Source: a virus
Lineage: Duplodnaviria; Heunggongvirae; Uroviricota; Caudoviricetes
IMG/VR virus record: IMGVR_UViG_2778261689_000011
Span: 1-12,197 of that record
Reading direction: 5' to 3' (one strand)
DNA: 12,197 nucleotides
Made by a program: the position numbers and the translations under genes
The notes under the pieces: generated by a model
Database searches by the model: none
Seen by the model: the letters and a program-made list of their open reading frames with translations, nothing else
What the model was told of the DNA's origin: nothing
Part shown: piece after piece, positions 1-10,009 of the stretch
Numbering within the stretch: position 1 is the first letter of the stretch
Layout of the letters: every line of letters begins with the position of its first letter

Positions 1-3000
1 GTTACCAGCAGCGTTAACGGTGATGGTGTGTCCATGTGAACCAATCGCAACGGAGTGCGTATGAGCACCAATACCGACAGTATGCGCGTGTGCACCTGCG
101 CTTGCAGCAGTGCCGGACAGTGAGTGGGTATGTGCGCCAGCAGATGATGTTGCATAGTTTTGATTATGCACAACAGACAATCTTGTTGATGCACTACCAG
201 CACCGGAGTTAGCACTAGCCGTGTTCACGTTGGCTAGTGAGTGTGTGTGTGCTCCAGCCGAGTTTGTAGAGCCGCTCACACTGTGTGTATGTGCCCCGGT
301 GTTATTCGTGGATTTAGTGCCGTAATCAAACGACGATGTGGTTTTCGTCCCCAAATCTGTACTGGATGCGCTGGCGCTGTGGGTATGCGATTTAATGCCG
401 TCCTGTTCCTGAGACAATACGGCCCGACCACTGGCAGGTTTGCCCTTAATCGTCCAGCCACGCATATCAGGGATCACGCCTGACGGATAAGCGGCTGCAA
501 GTTTCGGGTAAGCAGATTTGTCAAAAGCCTGCCCCTGCATCAGGGCATAACCAGACGGAACGGTATCTGATGGCCACGGGATTGGTGCGCCGACTGGGTA
601 GCTTTCTGGTGGAAGATTTTTCGAGGTATAAACTTCTGCCCAGTCTTCCTCAAAACCATAACCGTCTCTTGAAGAACGGTAGAACAGACCACCATTTCTG
701 TAATGCGCCTTCATCTGCAGGGTCCGGCAACTTCCGACTCCGGTATAGAAGTTAACCAGAATATAGCTGTCGCCAGAGCGGGTGACATTGTAAGCGCCTG
801 ATTCGGCATTCCATGGAACGCCACCATCCGCATCGGCATATGTATCCGTTGCCCTTCTGGCAAAAGCAGCCACATGCGCGGCGGTTAAAGTAATATCTTT
901 GGAACCATCAAACTCAACACCAGAAACCCGTCTTGGCGTTTGCAGCTTTGTTGCTGTTAATGCATTACCGTTCAGACTTGCGGACAGTTTGGTTCCAATA
1001 ACCAGTTCGCCGGTTGCGTTATCAATAGCAAACGGTCTTAATGTATTCCAGCCACCATAAACATCACCTTGATTGGTAAGCAGCAGGTAAGTTTTAGCGC
1101 CATCATTACGCCATAATGCACCATACTCCCCACCTATCATTCGAATCTGATTACCACCACGCGCTACAATTTCGTCTGTGGCAAAAAGTTTTTTGCACGA
1201 CAAGTTATCGTTAACGATTAACGAATGAGACTCATAAAAACCACGCCCACTCTTAAAATCAAGGATAACGTCCGCCGCGATACATTCAGTCGCCGGATTT
1301 GTTGCCCCAAACTTATAGGTCGTATCATTAACAACGAGATCAGCACCAGGTGCGGATATTGACAGGCCATCTTCAATAAACGCAAAAACAGGGAAAGCAG
1401 CGCCATCAACATAGAACACAGAGCGCAAATCATCGCCCTTATTACTCATCATTATTGAGTGAATGGCTCGTTCATTGTTTTGATATTGCCAGAACATGCC
1501 ATAAGCATAACGCCCCCTGTCAGTCCAGCCACCAGGCATAACAAATCCGTTAAACTCGCAGTTATTCATCGGATCGCCTGCGGTTCGCGTTGCCGTGGTG
1601 ATAATGACTCTTGATGCCAGTTCGCTTACTGAGCCAGCAGAACGCATAACAACAACAGGGTAATATTTTCCAGATGTTGCACCTGCAGGAGCGTTAACCC
1701 GCACATAACGCATACCACGCTTATCAGCAAAGTCTGTTTTACTGACCGCGTTAATGTTGTTCAGGAAGCATCCCTTATCGGGTATATCAGCGCCGTTCTG
1801 GTCTTTCTGCAGACGTTTCTCTGCATTGTCATAGGCTGATTTTACTGCCTTTGGCGTTGCCGCCAGCGTTTCAGACGTACTGTTGGTCGCACTGCTGAGC
1901 TGTACTATCCCCTTTTTCGTCGTACTTGCATCCTCAAGCGCCACGGCGGATGCAATATCCTCTGCCCGTTTAGCTGCTGTCTCGGCGCGCGTTGCCGCGG
2001 ATTCCGCCGTACTTTTGCTCTGAGCTGCCGCCGTCGCACTGCCAGCAGCCTCTGTCGCCTTCGTGGATGCCGTCGTGGCGCTGCTCTTCGCTGCTGACGC
2101 TTGTCTGGTCGCCTCATCTTTTGAAGCAGACGCCGATGATGCCGATGACGCCGCCGAACTGGCTGACGATGCGGCAGCCGTTTTTGAGGATTCTGCGCTT
2201 GTTTCCGACGCTTTCGCGTTCGTTTCGGATGTCTTCGCTGCGGAAGCAGACCTCGCTGCTGCGCTGGCCTGTTCAGTGGCTTCGCCAGCCTTCGTTGTGG
2301 CTGTTGAAGCAGACGATGCGGCGCTTTCTGCCGATTTTCCGGCGGCGGTGGCACTGGCTGAGGCCTGCCCGGCACTTGTTGACGCTGCACTGGCAGACGA
2401 CGCAGCCGCTGTTTTTGAGCCTGCCGCAGCCGAGGCGCTCTGTCCCGCTGCCGTTTCAGAAGACCTGGCGTTCGTCTCGGACGTTTTTGCCGCCTTCGCG
2501 GAATTTCCTGCCGCCGTTGCCGAGGAAGCTGCACTACTGGCGCTTGATGATGCGTTCGTTTCTGATGATTTTGCCGCTTCTTTTGAGGCCGCCGCATCCC
2601 GGGCCGAGGTCGCAGCTTCTGATGCCTTCGTGGTCGCGGTGGATGCAGATGTGGCTGCTGATTGTTGTGACGCTGAAGCATTCGTTTCTGACGTTTTCGC
2701 CGCACCGGCACTGGTGGCCGCCGCGCTTTTTGAGGACTCTGCAGCGGCAGCACTTTTTGATGCTTCAGTGGCCTTTGTTGATGCCGTTCCTGCGCTGGAA
2801 GACGCTGACTGAGCCGACGACGCGGCCTGTCCGGCTGACGTGCTGGCTGCGCGTGCTGAGTCCGCAGCATCAGCCGCATGGGTTGCCGCCTCACGGGCTG
2901 ATGTGCTGGCATCACTGGCTGACTTCTTCGCGGCTGCCGTGTTCTGTGCCACCGCGGACGCGTTACGCGCCACCTCTTCCACCATCAGTTCAAAACGGCG

Positions 3001-3309
3001 CAGTGCCTCCGGACGGGCATCATCCTCCGTCATGGCACCGAGAAAATCATTCAGCGTACCGGGTTGAGAATCTTCATACACGGTAATGGTCCCGGCATGT
3101 GACGGCGGGAATCCTTCCACCAACAGAATAACGCTGTACTGACCGTACTCAACGTCCATGCTGTAACGCCCGGCTTCATCCGGATTTTCTGAGGCCAGCG
3201 TGTTCACCACCACCGTGGTGCTGTTACGTTTTGCTTTCAGCTGGATTGTGCAGTTCTGTACCGGTTTTCCTGTGCCGTCTTTCAGTACACCTGAAATCTT
3301 TACTGCCAT
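1..3309 (-). CDS. stf: Side tail fiber protein (lambda Stf / Rac StfR-like); ATG at 3307-3309; open in frame to position 1, so the C-terminus lies beyond the window (about 1103 codons present)
   Basis: Minus-strand translation from 3309 gives [20 protein letters not shown]..., matching the lambda Stf N-terminus as recalled. Spot translations at 2941-3000 ([20 protein letters not shown]), 1441-1500 ([20 protein letters not shown]) and 1-120 ([23 protein letters not shown]) are all in the same frame with no stop. Putative SD GGGGTG upstream. Absent from the ORF track only because no stop falls inside the window. Confidence 0.9.
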   Translation of the reverse strand, partial: MAVKISGVLKDGTGKPVQNCTIQLKAKRNSTTVVVNTLASENPDEAGRYSMDVEYGQYSVILLVEGFPPSHAGTITVYEDSQPGTLNDFLGAMTEDDARPEALRRFELMVEEVARNASAVAQNTAAAKKSASDASTSAREAATHAADAADSARAASTSAGQAASSAQSASSSAGTASTKATEASKSAAAAESSKSAAATSAGAAKTSETNASASQQSAATSASTATTKASEAATSARDAAASKEAAKSSETNASSSASSAASSATAAGNSAKAAKTSETNARSSETAAGQSASAAAGSKTAAASSASAASTSAGQASASATAAGKSAESAASSASTATTKAGEATEQASAAARSASAAKTSETNAKASETSAESSKTAAASSASSAASSASSASASKDEATRQASAAKSSATTASTKATEAAGSATAAAQSKSTAESAATRAETAAKRAEDIASAVALEDASTTKKGIVQLSSATNSTSETLAATPKAVKSAYDNAEKRLQKDQNGADIPDKGCFLNNINAVSKTDFADKRGMRYVRVNAPAGATSGKYYPVVVMRSAGSVSELASRVIITTATRTAGDPMNNCEFNGFVMPGGWTDRGRYAYGMFWQYQNNERAIHSIMMSNKGDDLRSVFYVDGAAFPVFAFIEDGLSISAPGADLVVNDTTYKFGATNPATECIAADVILDFKSGRGFYESHSLIVNDNLSCKKLFATDEIVARGGNQIRMIGGEYGALWRNDGAKTYLLLTNQGDVYGGWNTLRPFAIDNATGELVIGTKLSASLNGNALTATKLQTPRRVSGVEFDGSKDITLTAAHVAAFARRATDTYADADGGVPWNAESGAYNVTRSGDSYILVNFYTGVGSCRTLQMKAHYRNGGLFYRSSRDGYGFEEDWAEVYTSKNLPPESYPVGAPIPWPSDTVPSGYALMQGQAFDKSAYPKLAAAYPSGVIPDMRGWTIKGKPASGRAVLSQEQDGIKSHTHSASASSTDLGTKTTSSFDYGTKSTNNTGAHTHSVSGSTNSAGAHTHSLANVNTASANSGAGSASTRLSVVHNQNYATSSAGAHTHSLSGTAASAGAHAHTVGIGAHTHSVAIGSHGHTITVNAAGN
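22..385 (-). repeat. Seven HxH motifs (SHTHS, four GAHTHS, GAHAHT, GSHGHT) in the Stf C-terminal region
   Basis: Direct translation of the minus strand over 1-390: ...KSHTHSAS...[24 protein letters not shown]...[44 protein letters not shown]. Visible on the plus strand as recurring gtgtg(t/c)gc units. Confidence 0.8.
1950..2975 (-). repeat. Ala/Ser/Thr-rich low-complexity repetitive tract (about 340 aa) inside Stf, with recurring KTSETNA / [10 protein letters not shown]-type units
   Basis: GC-rich GCN/TCN codon repetition; translation at 2101-2160 gives [20 protein letters not shown]. Several reading frames on both strands are open across this tract, producing the spurious ORFs 1905..2915(-), 1992..3086(+) and 2063..2812(+). 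Confidence 0.8.
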
Positions 3310-3319
3310 ATTCACCCCA

Positions 3320-3347
3320 CAAAAAAGCCCGCCTGAACCGGCGGGCT
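3320..3347 (-). terminator. Rho-independent terminator downstream of the lom remnant and directly upstream of stf
   Basis: 8-bp stem agcccgcc (3326-3333) / ggcgggct (3340-3347), loop tgaacc, followed on the minus strand by TTTTTT (complement of 3320-3325). Confidence 0.6.
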
Positions 3348-3373
3348 GTCATAACACTGTGTTACCTGGCTAA

Positions 3374-3563
3374 TCAGAACTTATAACCGACACCCACGAT
3401 GAAACCGTCAGTGCGCCAGTCGCCACTGCCGGAGCCTTCATAAGCAATATCAATGGCCACGGATTCGGTCGGGTTAAACTGCACGCCAGCTCCCCACGCC
3501 AGAGACGTGTTGCTGTGGCGACCGTCATCACTTCCGGTCAGCACGTCGTGCGTTTTCCCCTTG
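3374..3563 (-). pseudogene. lom: Lom/Ail/PagC-family outer membrane protein, C-terminal fragment of about 62 aa, interrupted by the IS5-family element
   Basis: Minus-strand translation ...KGKTHDVLTGSDDGRHSNTSLAWGAGVQFNPTESVAIDIAYEGSGSGDWRTDGFIVGVGYKF-stop, matching the Lom C-terminus as recalled. The ORF-track 153-aa ORF 3374..3835 continues into antisense IS sequence and is a hybrid artefact. Confidence 0.75.
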
Positions 3564-5538
<1,975 letters not shown>

Positions 5539-5550
5539 TTATTAAAACTC

Positions 5551-5583
5551 CTGACAACAAAAAACCCACCGCGAAGTGGGTTT
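5551..5583 (-). terminator. Rho-independent terminator between the ParB-like remnant region and the tape-measure fragment
   Basis: Stem aaacccac (5562-5569) / gtgggttt (5576-5583), loop cgcgaa, followed on the minus strand by TTTTTGTTGTT (complement of 5551-5561). Confidence 0.55.
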
Positions 5584-5703
5584 CAGGCGACATAATAGTA
5601 GATATAGCGATTACGAGGCCACGCAATGCTTTTCTCCAGGAGCATCATCGATTTAATTAAAGACACCATCACATCTCTGTAACAGAGTGTACGTAATTAA
5701 CAA

Positions 5704-5937
5704 CTACACACACTGCTCCTGAAAATACTGGTCATCCAGTGCAAAGATCACTGCTTCAAATTCATCGCGCTCAATCAATACCGGATGAGTGGCTAAATAT
5801 TCATTTATCTCTGTCAGAGATAAAGGCAAAGGCACCCCAGCCATTCCAGCATAACGTCGGGCACGGGATATTACCGAATAGGCGTACAACAACTCCTTAA
5901 GCACCGGGTCTATTTCTGGTTCCGGTATCGGTGGCAA
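5704..5937 (-). CDS. Hypothetical 77-aa ORF; possibly a third fragment of the decayed ParB-like gene rather than an independent gene
   Basis: ORF-track ORF; its first codon is TTG (complement of 5935-5937), and the first in-frame ATG is about 30 codons in. No recognisable motif. Confidence 0.25.
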   Translation of the reverse strand: MPPIPEPEIDPVLKELLYAYSVISRARRYAGMAGVPLPLSLTEINEYLATHPVLIERDEFEAVIFALDDQYFQEQCV

Positions 5938-6011
5938 CCTGAGTTTTTCTCGCTTCCATCTTGCCTTTTCCCCCCTTTCTCCCCCGAACTCCGATAACCA
6001 CCGCTGGGCAG

Positions 6012-6371
6012 CTATGGCTTTTTTATCGTATCCTGCTTCTGCTGCTCTTTACCCTGGGCGATGCTGGCTGCTTCTGCAAGGATCTGCCAGTACAACTCTG
6101 GATTCTGCTTAAGCAGCGCGATCCCTCGTTCTGCCGTATATTCCAGTGCAACCTCAACACCATTAACCAGTTCACCAACCCCTTTCCAGTCTTTCAGCAG
6201 ATAACGAGCGGCATTATCAATGAGTAAATCATCAACAGAATCCACCTCGGAAACCTTTGAAATATCAAACTCCTTCGTTCCGACGTGCAAACTGGCATCC
6301 ATTTTCTCAATGTGGCGACGGATTAATGCATTACGGGAGCGATACTGATCGTTATCGCTGCTTCTGCTCAT
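6012..6371 (-). pseudogene. YdaY-like ORF (119 aa); probable C-terminal portion of a frameshifted ParB-like nuclease-domain protein
   Basis: ATG at 6369-6371 overlaps the 3' end of the upstream ParB-domain ORF (6352..6615) by 20 nt in a different frame. Together with 5704..5937 the three ORFs tile about 900 bp. Confidence 0.55.
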
Positions 6372-6615
6372 CCGTCAGGCCAGACAGAACAATGACCGGA
6401 ACAGAATCCATTTTGAGCATTTCAGCCGCCATAACACGACCGTGACCCGCAATAATTTCGCCCTTTTCGTCAATCAGCACCGGATTAGTCCAGCCGAATT
6501 GCTTAATACTTTCTACCAGTTGTGCCACCTGCTCAGTACTGTGCGTCCTGGCGTTGTGCGCATACGGTGACAATTCTTGTAATGGGCGATAGACTATCTT
6601 TAATTTCTCGCTCAT
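6352..6615 (-). CDS. ParB-like nuclease N-terminal domain protein (87 aa, YnaK-like)
   Basis: Translation MSEKLKIVYRPLQELSPYAHNARTHSTEQVAQLVESIKQFGWTNPVLIDEKGEIIAGHGRVMAA... carries the ParB N-terminal signature (NPR-like box plus the G-x-x-R segment). ATG at 6613-6615. The ORF ends at the ParB TDEQKQR motif with no downstream half in frame. Confidence 0.7.
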   Translation of the reverse strand: MSEKLKIVYRPLQELSPYAHNARTHSTEQVAQLVESIKQFGWTNPVLIDEKGEIIAGHGRVMAAEMLKMDSVPVIVLSGLTDEQKQR

Positions 6616-6629
6616 ACAGCCTTGCTTTA

Positions 6630-6666
6630 TGAATAAAACGCACCCCAGCAGCCAGTGCTACTGGGG
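6630..6666 (-). terminator. Possible intrinsic terminator downstream of trkG
   Basis: Stem ccccag (6643-6648) / ctgggg (6661-6666) with a large 12-nt loop, followed on the minus strand by gcgTTTTATTc. Weaker than the other hairpins. Confidence 0.3.
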
Positions 6667-6752
6667 ACGGAGGTGTTGCTGGTAAAGTTAGGTATTGGAT
6701 CAATGAGTGAGTCAACATAATATTAAACTCACAATTATAAATCAGCCATATA

Positions 6753-8210
6753 TTAGGAGCGCCAAAAAAAACCTGAAAACAATATAATAACAGGATAAAT
6801 TTCAAGGCGACCAAGAATCATAGCTATGCACATTAAGCATTTTGCAATGTCATTAAGCACTCCGAATGACGATGCAGTAGCCCCAAAACCTAATCCCATA
6901 TTATTAATACATGCAGCCACTGTTGCAAATGATGTAAGAAAATCATATCCCATACCATTTAACACCAGTATAAAAAACACCGTGAAGAGAGTATAAAGAA
7001 AAAAGAAACTCCATACAGACCTCATTACACGATCTGTAACTATCTTCCCTCCTACATTTACACTCAACAACGCTCTGGGATGAGAAAGCTGATTTATCTC
7101 GTGTTTGCTTTGTTTGAAAAGTATAAGAAATCGAAGTGACTTAATTCCACCACAAGTTGAACCTATACATCCCCCAAAGAAACTTGACAACAGCAAAAAC
7201 ACTATCGTGTGCGTGGGCCAACTTGCATAATCCTGCGTAGCTAAACCATTATCAGTGAGCATGGAGCTGGCAAGAAAAAACGAATGAATAAAACTTCCAT
7301 GCAAGTCATACATACCTATATGCCAGACCTGGAAAGAGGTAACAATGATCACCCCTAAGGCTATTAACAGAAAGAAACGAAGTTCAATATCTCTGATTAA
7401 AGGTTTTATCGTTTTCCTGCTAATAACAATATACCAAAGAGTGAAGTTGAAAGCCGATAGCAGGGAAAAAGAACCAGCCACCAGCTCAACCAAATAGTTA
7501 TTAAAATATCCGATACTCTCGCTATGAGTTGAGAAACCACCAAGCGAAACTGTGGAAATCCCGTGACAAATAGCATCAAACAAAGGCATTCCTGCAAGTC
7601 TATAACAGACAATACAAGCAATACCTAATAAAGAATAAGTTATCCACAGTGTCCGTGACGTATCGGCCAGGCGGGGAGTGAGTTTGTCATCCTTAAATGG
7701 CCCCGGCATTTCTGACTGATAAAGCTTTGCACCACCAATACCCAATAATGGCAATACAGCAACCGCCAGAACAATAACTCCTAAACCACCTATAAAATTT
7801 AACTGTGACCGATAGTACAAATATGCCCGAGGTAATGAACTAACATCATCAATTACAGTTGCTCCTGTTGTTGTTATTCCAGAAACCCCTTCAAACAGAG
7901 CATCAATGAACGTTAAATTAAGTTCTGAGTCAATCCATAAAGGGAATGCACTAATAACAGAAAACAAAATCCAAAACATTACAATTATAATAAACCCATC
8001 ACGGGTACGTAATTGAATGCCAGATTTCTTAGTTGTATACCACGCTCCGCCACCAATGCAAAAAAATATAACGAAAGTTATAAAGAAAACAAACAGGCTT
8101 TTTTCTTTATAAAACAATGCTACAACCATTGGTGGCAACATTGAAAGACTATAGAGCCAAACCAGGAACCCACACATATGAGTAACAACTCTTACATGAG
8201 ATGTATTCAT
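6753..8210 (-). CDS. trkG: Trk-system potassium uptake protein TrkG (TrkH-family membrane transporter), a prophage moron
   Basis: Translation MNTSHVRVVTHMCGFLVWLYSLSMLPPMVVALFYKEK... is polytopic and hydrophobic, matching TrkG as recalled. The ORF-track start at 8228 is a TTG; the first ATG is at 8210. Markedly AT-rich compared with its neighbours. Confidence 0.9.
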   Translation of the reverse strand: MNTSHVRVVTHMCGFLVWLYSLSMLPPMVVALFYKEKSLFVFFITFVIFFCIGGGAWYTTKKSGIQLRTRDGFIIIVMFWILFSVISAFPLWIDSELNLTFIDALFEGVSGITTTGATVIDDVSSLPRAYLYYRSQLNFIGGLGVIVLAVAVLPLLGIGGAKLYQSEMPGPFKDDKLTPRLADTSRTLWITYSLLGIACIVCYRLAGMPLFDAICHGISTVSLGGFSTHSESIGYFNNYLVELVAGSFSLLSAFNFTLWYIVISRKTIKPLIRDIELRFFLLIALGVIIVTSFQVWHIGMYDLHGSFIHSFFLASSMLTDNGLATQDYASWPTHTIVFLLLSSFFGGCIGSTCGGIKSLRFLILFKQSKHEINQLSHPRALLSVNVGGKIVTDRVMRSVWSFFFLYTLFTVFFILVLNGMGYDFLTSFATVAACINNMGLGFGATASSFGVLNDIAKCLMCIAMILGRLEIYPVIILFSGFFWRS

Positions 8211-8347
8211 ATCTAAATATTCTTTCAATTATAACCACCTTGCTGCAATATTATGATTATACTGTATAAAATTTAACTCCTCTTAGATCTTACTTCACTG
8301 TTCCTTATGAAACAATCATCAAAATGAATCATATTGTAGTTAAGATT
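8211..8347 (-). promoter_or_regulatory. AT-rich intergenic region between Rz and trkG; probable autonomous trkG promoter region
   Basis: 137-bp AT-rich spacer; the minus strand contains TATAAT-like hexamers (cagTATAATcat and ggtTATAATtg) shortly upstream of the trkG ATG. No confident -35 element. Confidence 0.3.
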
Positions 8348-8812
8348 TTACTTTAAACACTGCTCGGTTATGTATTGCTGAGCACCTTCAAGTTGGGCCT
8401 GCATCATTACCAGTCGTTCCCGGAGGGTGAAATAATCCCGTTCAGCGGTGTCTGCCAGTCGGGGGGAGGCTGCATTATCCACGCCGGAGGCGGTGGTGGC
8501 TTCACGCACTGACTGACAGACTGCTTTGATGTGCAACCGACGACGACCAGCGGCAACATCATCACGCAGAGCATCATTTTCAGCTTTCGCATCAGCTAAC
8601 TCCTTCGTGTATTTTGCATCGAGCGCAGCAACATCACGCTGACGCATCTGCATCTCAGTAATTGCCGCGTTCGCCAGCTTCAGTTCTCTGGCATTTTTGT
8701 CGCGCTGTTCTTTGTAGGCGATGGCGTTATCACGGTAATGATTAACACCCCATGACAGGCAGACGACGATGCAGATAACCAGAGCGGAGATAATCGCGGT
8801 TACTCTGCTCAT
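8348..8812 (-). CDS. Rz: Rz i-spanin (inner-membrane spanin subunit)
   Basis: Translation [51 protein letters not shown]... is near-identical to lambda Rz as recalled. The ATG at 8810-8812 overlaps the R stop as ATGA. Confidence 0.9.
   Translation of the reverse strand: MSRVTAIISALVICIVVCLSWGVNHYRDNAIAYKEQRDKNARELKLANAAITEMQMRQRDVAALDAKYTKELADAKAENDALRDDVAAGRRRLHIKAVCQSVREATTASGVDNAASPRLADTAERDYFTLRERLVMMQAQLEGAQQYITEQCLK
8407..8592 (-). CDS. Rz1: Rz1 o-spanin (outer-membrane lipoprotein), embedded in the +1 frame of Rz
   Basis: Translation [57 protein letters not shown]...: lipoprotein signal with lipobox Cys and a proline-rich mature part, lying entirely within Rz. Confidence 0.85.
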   Translation of the reverse strand: MRKLKMMLCVMMLPLVVVGCTSKQSVSQCVKPPPPPAWIMQPPPDWQTPLNGIISPSGNDW

Positions 8813-9285
8813 ACCTCAATCTCTCTGACCGTTCCGCCAGCTTCTTTGAATTTTGCAATCAGACTGTCAGCCTTATGCTCGAACTGACCATAACCAGCGC
8901 CCGGCAGTGAAGCCCATATATTGCTGCAACGGTCGATAGCCTGACGGATATCACCGCGATCAATCATCGGCAAAGAGCCACGCTCTTTAATCTGCTGCAG
9001 CGCTACAGCATCCTGACTTTCTGGAGAAAAATCTTTCAGGCCAAGTTGCTTGCGGTAGGCATCCCACCAGCGTGAAAGAAGCTGGTAACGTCCAGCGGCT
9101 GTTGATTTGAGTTTCGGATTTAGCGTGACAAGTTTGCGGGGGTGATCGGAGTAATCAGTGAACAGTTCGCCACCGACAATAACATCATAACCGTGATTTC
9201 TGGTTTTCTGCCGTCCGTTATCTGTTCCTTCTGACCATGCCACCATATCAAGGAAAGCTTTACGCTGGGAATTAAGTGTCTGCAT
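8809..9285 (-). CDS. R: Endolysin R (lambda-type lytic transglycosylase), 158 aa
   Basis: Translation [61 protein letters not shown]... is near-identical to lambda R as recalled. SD AAGGAG 6 nt upstream of the ATG at 9283-9285. Confidence 0.92.
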   Translation of the reverse strand: MQTLNSQRKAFLDMVAWSEGTDNGRQKTRNHGYDVIVGGELFTDYSDHPRKLVTLNPKLKSTAAGRYQLLSRWWDAYRKQLGLKDFSPESQDAVALQQIKERGSLPMIDRGDIRQAIDRCSNIWASLPGAGYGQFEHKADSLIAKFKEAGGTVREIEV

Positions 9286-9288
9286 TAA

Positions 9289-9630
9289 TTACTCCTTATG
9301 GGCACCGAACTTGTTACCGATGACCCTCATTGCCGCACCACGAATAGCATCAACACCAATCAGCCCCACCCCACCACCAATGGCAACAGAAAGTGATTTA
9401 GGCCATCCGACATACTCAAGCGCGGATGCAAAGGTCAGCGTCAGAGCACCACAAAGCAGAATCTCAAGCGTTTTTCGTTTCCAGCCGCCGCCACCGCCAA
9501 AATAGGCAATGCGCAAACCAGCCATAATAATTGACATAACCACTGCACCCAGCGGCGTATCTCCACGCCACCAACTTTGTAAGAGTTCCAGTAAGTCAGG
9601 CCAGGAATGAGGGGCATTGTGCATTTTCAT
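9289..9630 (-). CDS. S: Class I holin with an N-terminal Met-Lys-Met dual-start motif (lambda S-like arrangement)
   Basis: ATG-AAA-ATG at 9630-9622 (minus strand) preceded by SD GGAGGTGA; an in-frame GTG lies 3 codons upstream (9639). Hydrophobic segments, a Gly-rich stretch and a charged C-terminus. Sits immediately upstream of R with a 3-nt gap. Confidence 0.8.
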   Translation of the reverse strand: MKMHNAPHSWPDLLELLQSWWRGDTPLGAVVMSIIMAGLRIAYFGGGGGWKRKTLEILLCGALTLTFASALEYVGWPKSLSVAIGGGVGLIGVDAIRGAAMRVIGNKFGAHKE

Positions 9631-9723
9631 AAGCCTCACCTCCGAGAGTTCGGATGGTGCTAAGTGTAAGATTCAGGCTCTCAGGCTTGCTAACAAGAAG
9701 TCGAGGATGTTTCCGGAGCCTAA

Positions 9724-9753
9724 CAACGAAAAAGCCCCGGGACATGCCGGGGT
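9724..9753 (-). terminator. Rho-independent terminator immediately upstream of the holin (downstream of the moron)
   Basis: Stem ccccgg (9735-9740) / ccgggg (9747-9752), loop gacatg, followed on the minus strand by cTTTTTcgttgtt. Confidence 0.6.
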
Positions 9754-9847
9754 CAGATGGAGTGCCAGATTAAGCTTCTGGCGGTATATACTCGTGTTTG
9801 ATATCGTTAAATCGCCAAAAGTAACAATTCAAACAAAGAGGATTTTT

Positions 9848-10009
9848 ATGTCTGAAAAAAACAAGCCACAAGATGAAAATAAACCTCAGCAACCCGTGGC
9901 ACCAAAACCAACTCCAACACAAAGTACTACAGACTTTGCTACACGTCGTGTTTTTGTTGGAGATTCTGCCGACTCAGTCATTGAACATATAAAAAAACAG
10001 CCGAGATAA
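9848..10009 (+). CDS. Hypothetical small protein (53 aa), hydrophilic and Lys/Pro/Gln-rich; convergent with the moron and overlapping its 3' end by 32 bp
   Basis: ATG at 9848 preceded by SD AAAGAGGA with a 5-nt spacer; TAA at 10007-10009. Translation MSEKNKPQDENKPQQPVAPKPTPTQSTTDFATRRVFVGDSADSVIEHIKKQPR. No family recognised; it could be non-coding or antisense. Confidence 0.3.
   Translation: MSEKNKPQDENKPQQPVAPKPTPTQSTTDFATRRVFVGDSADSVIEHIKKQPR

Noticed and set aside
241-755. Short plus- and minus-strand ORFs (241..483, 276..461, 570..755) and the 1218..1433 minus ORF
   Set aside because: All fall inside stf in other frames or on the other strand; the stf frame is open and matches tail-fiber sequence throughout.
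1905-3086. Long ORFs in other frames across the tail fiber repeat region (1905..2915 minus, 1992..3086 plus, 2063..2812 plus, 2840..3067 plus)
   Set aside because: They lie entirely within the GC-rich Ala/Ser/Thr codon-repeat tract of stf, where stop codons are rare in several frames. Their translations are homopolymer-like (Arg/Pro/Gln-rich or Ala/Asp-rich) and they lack credible ribosome-binding sites, while the stf frame is continuous from 3309 to position 1.
6533-7621. ORFs 6533..6814 (minus) and 7406..7621 (minus) overlapping trkG and its flank
   Set aside because: Alternative-frame ORFs within or overlapping the long, well-supported trkG ORF, with no independent support.
6753-8228. trkG start at the ORF-track position 8228
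   Set aside because: The first codon is TTG, and the extension MKEYLD is not part of TrkG as recalled; the ATG at 8210 (MNTSHV...) is preferred.
9289-9639. Holin start at the ORF-track position 9639
   Set aside because: The first codon there is GTG; the canonical Met-Lys-Met dual start with a well-spaced SD begins at the ATG at 9630, so the shorter call is preferred (the GTG cannot be excluded).
9617-9847. Upstream extension of the small plus-strand ORF (130-aa ORF 9617..10009)
   Set aside because: The extension overlaps the holin start and the terminator hairpin and has no ribosome-binding site. Only the internal ATG at 9848 has a credible SD, so if anything is translated it is the 53-aa product.
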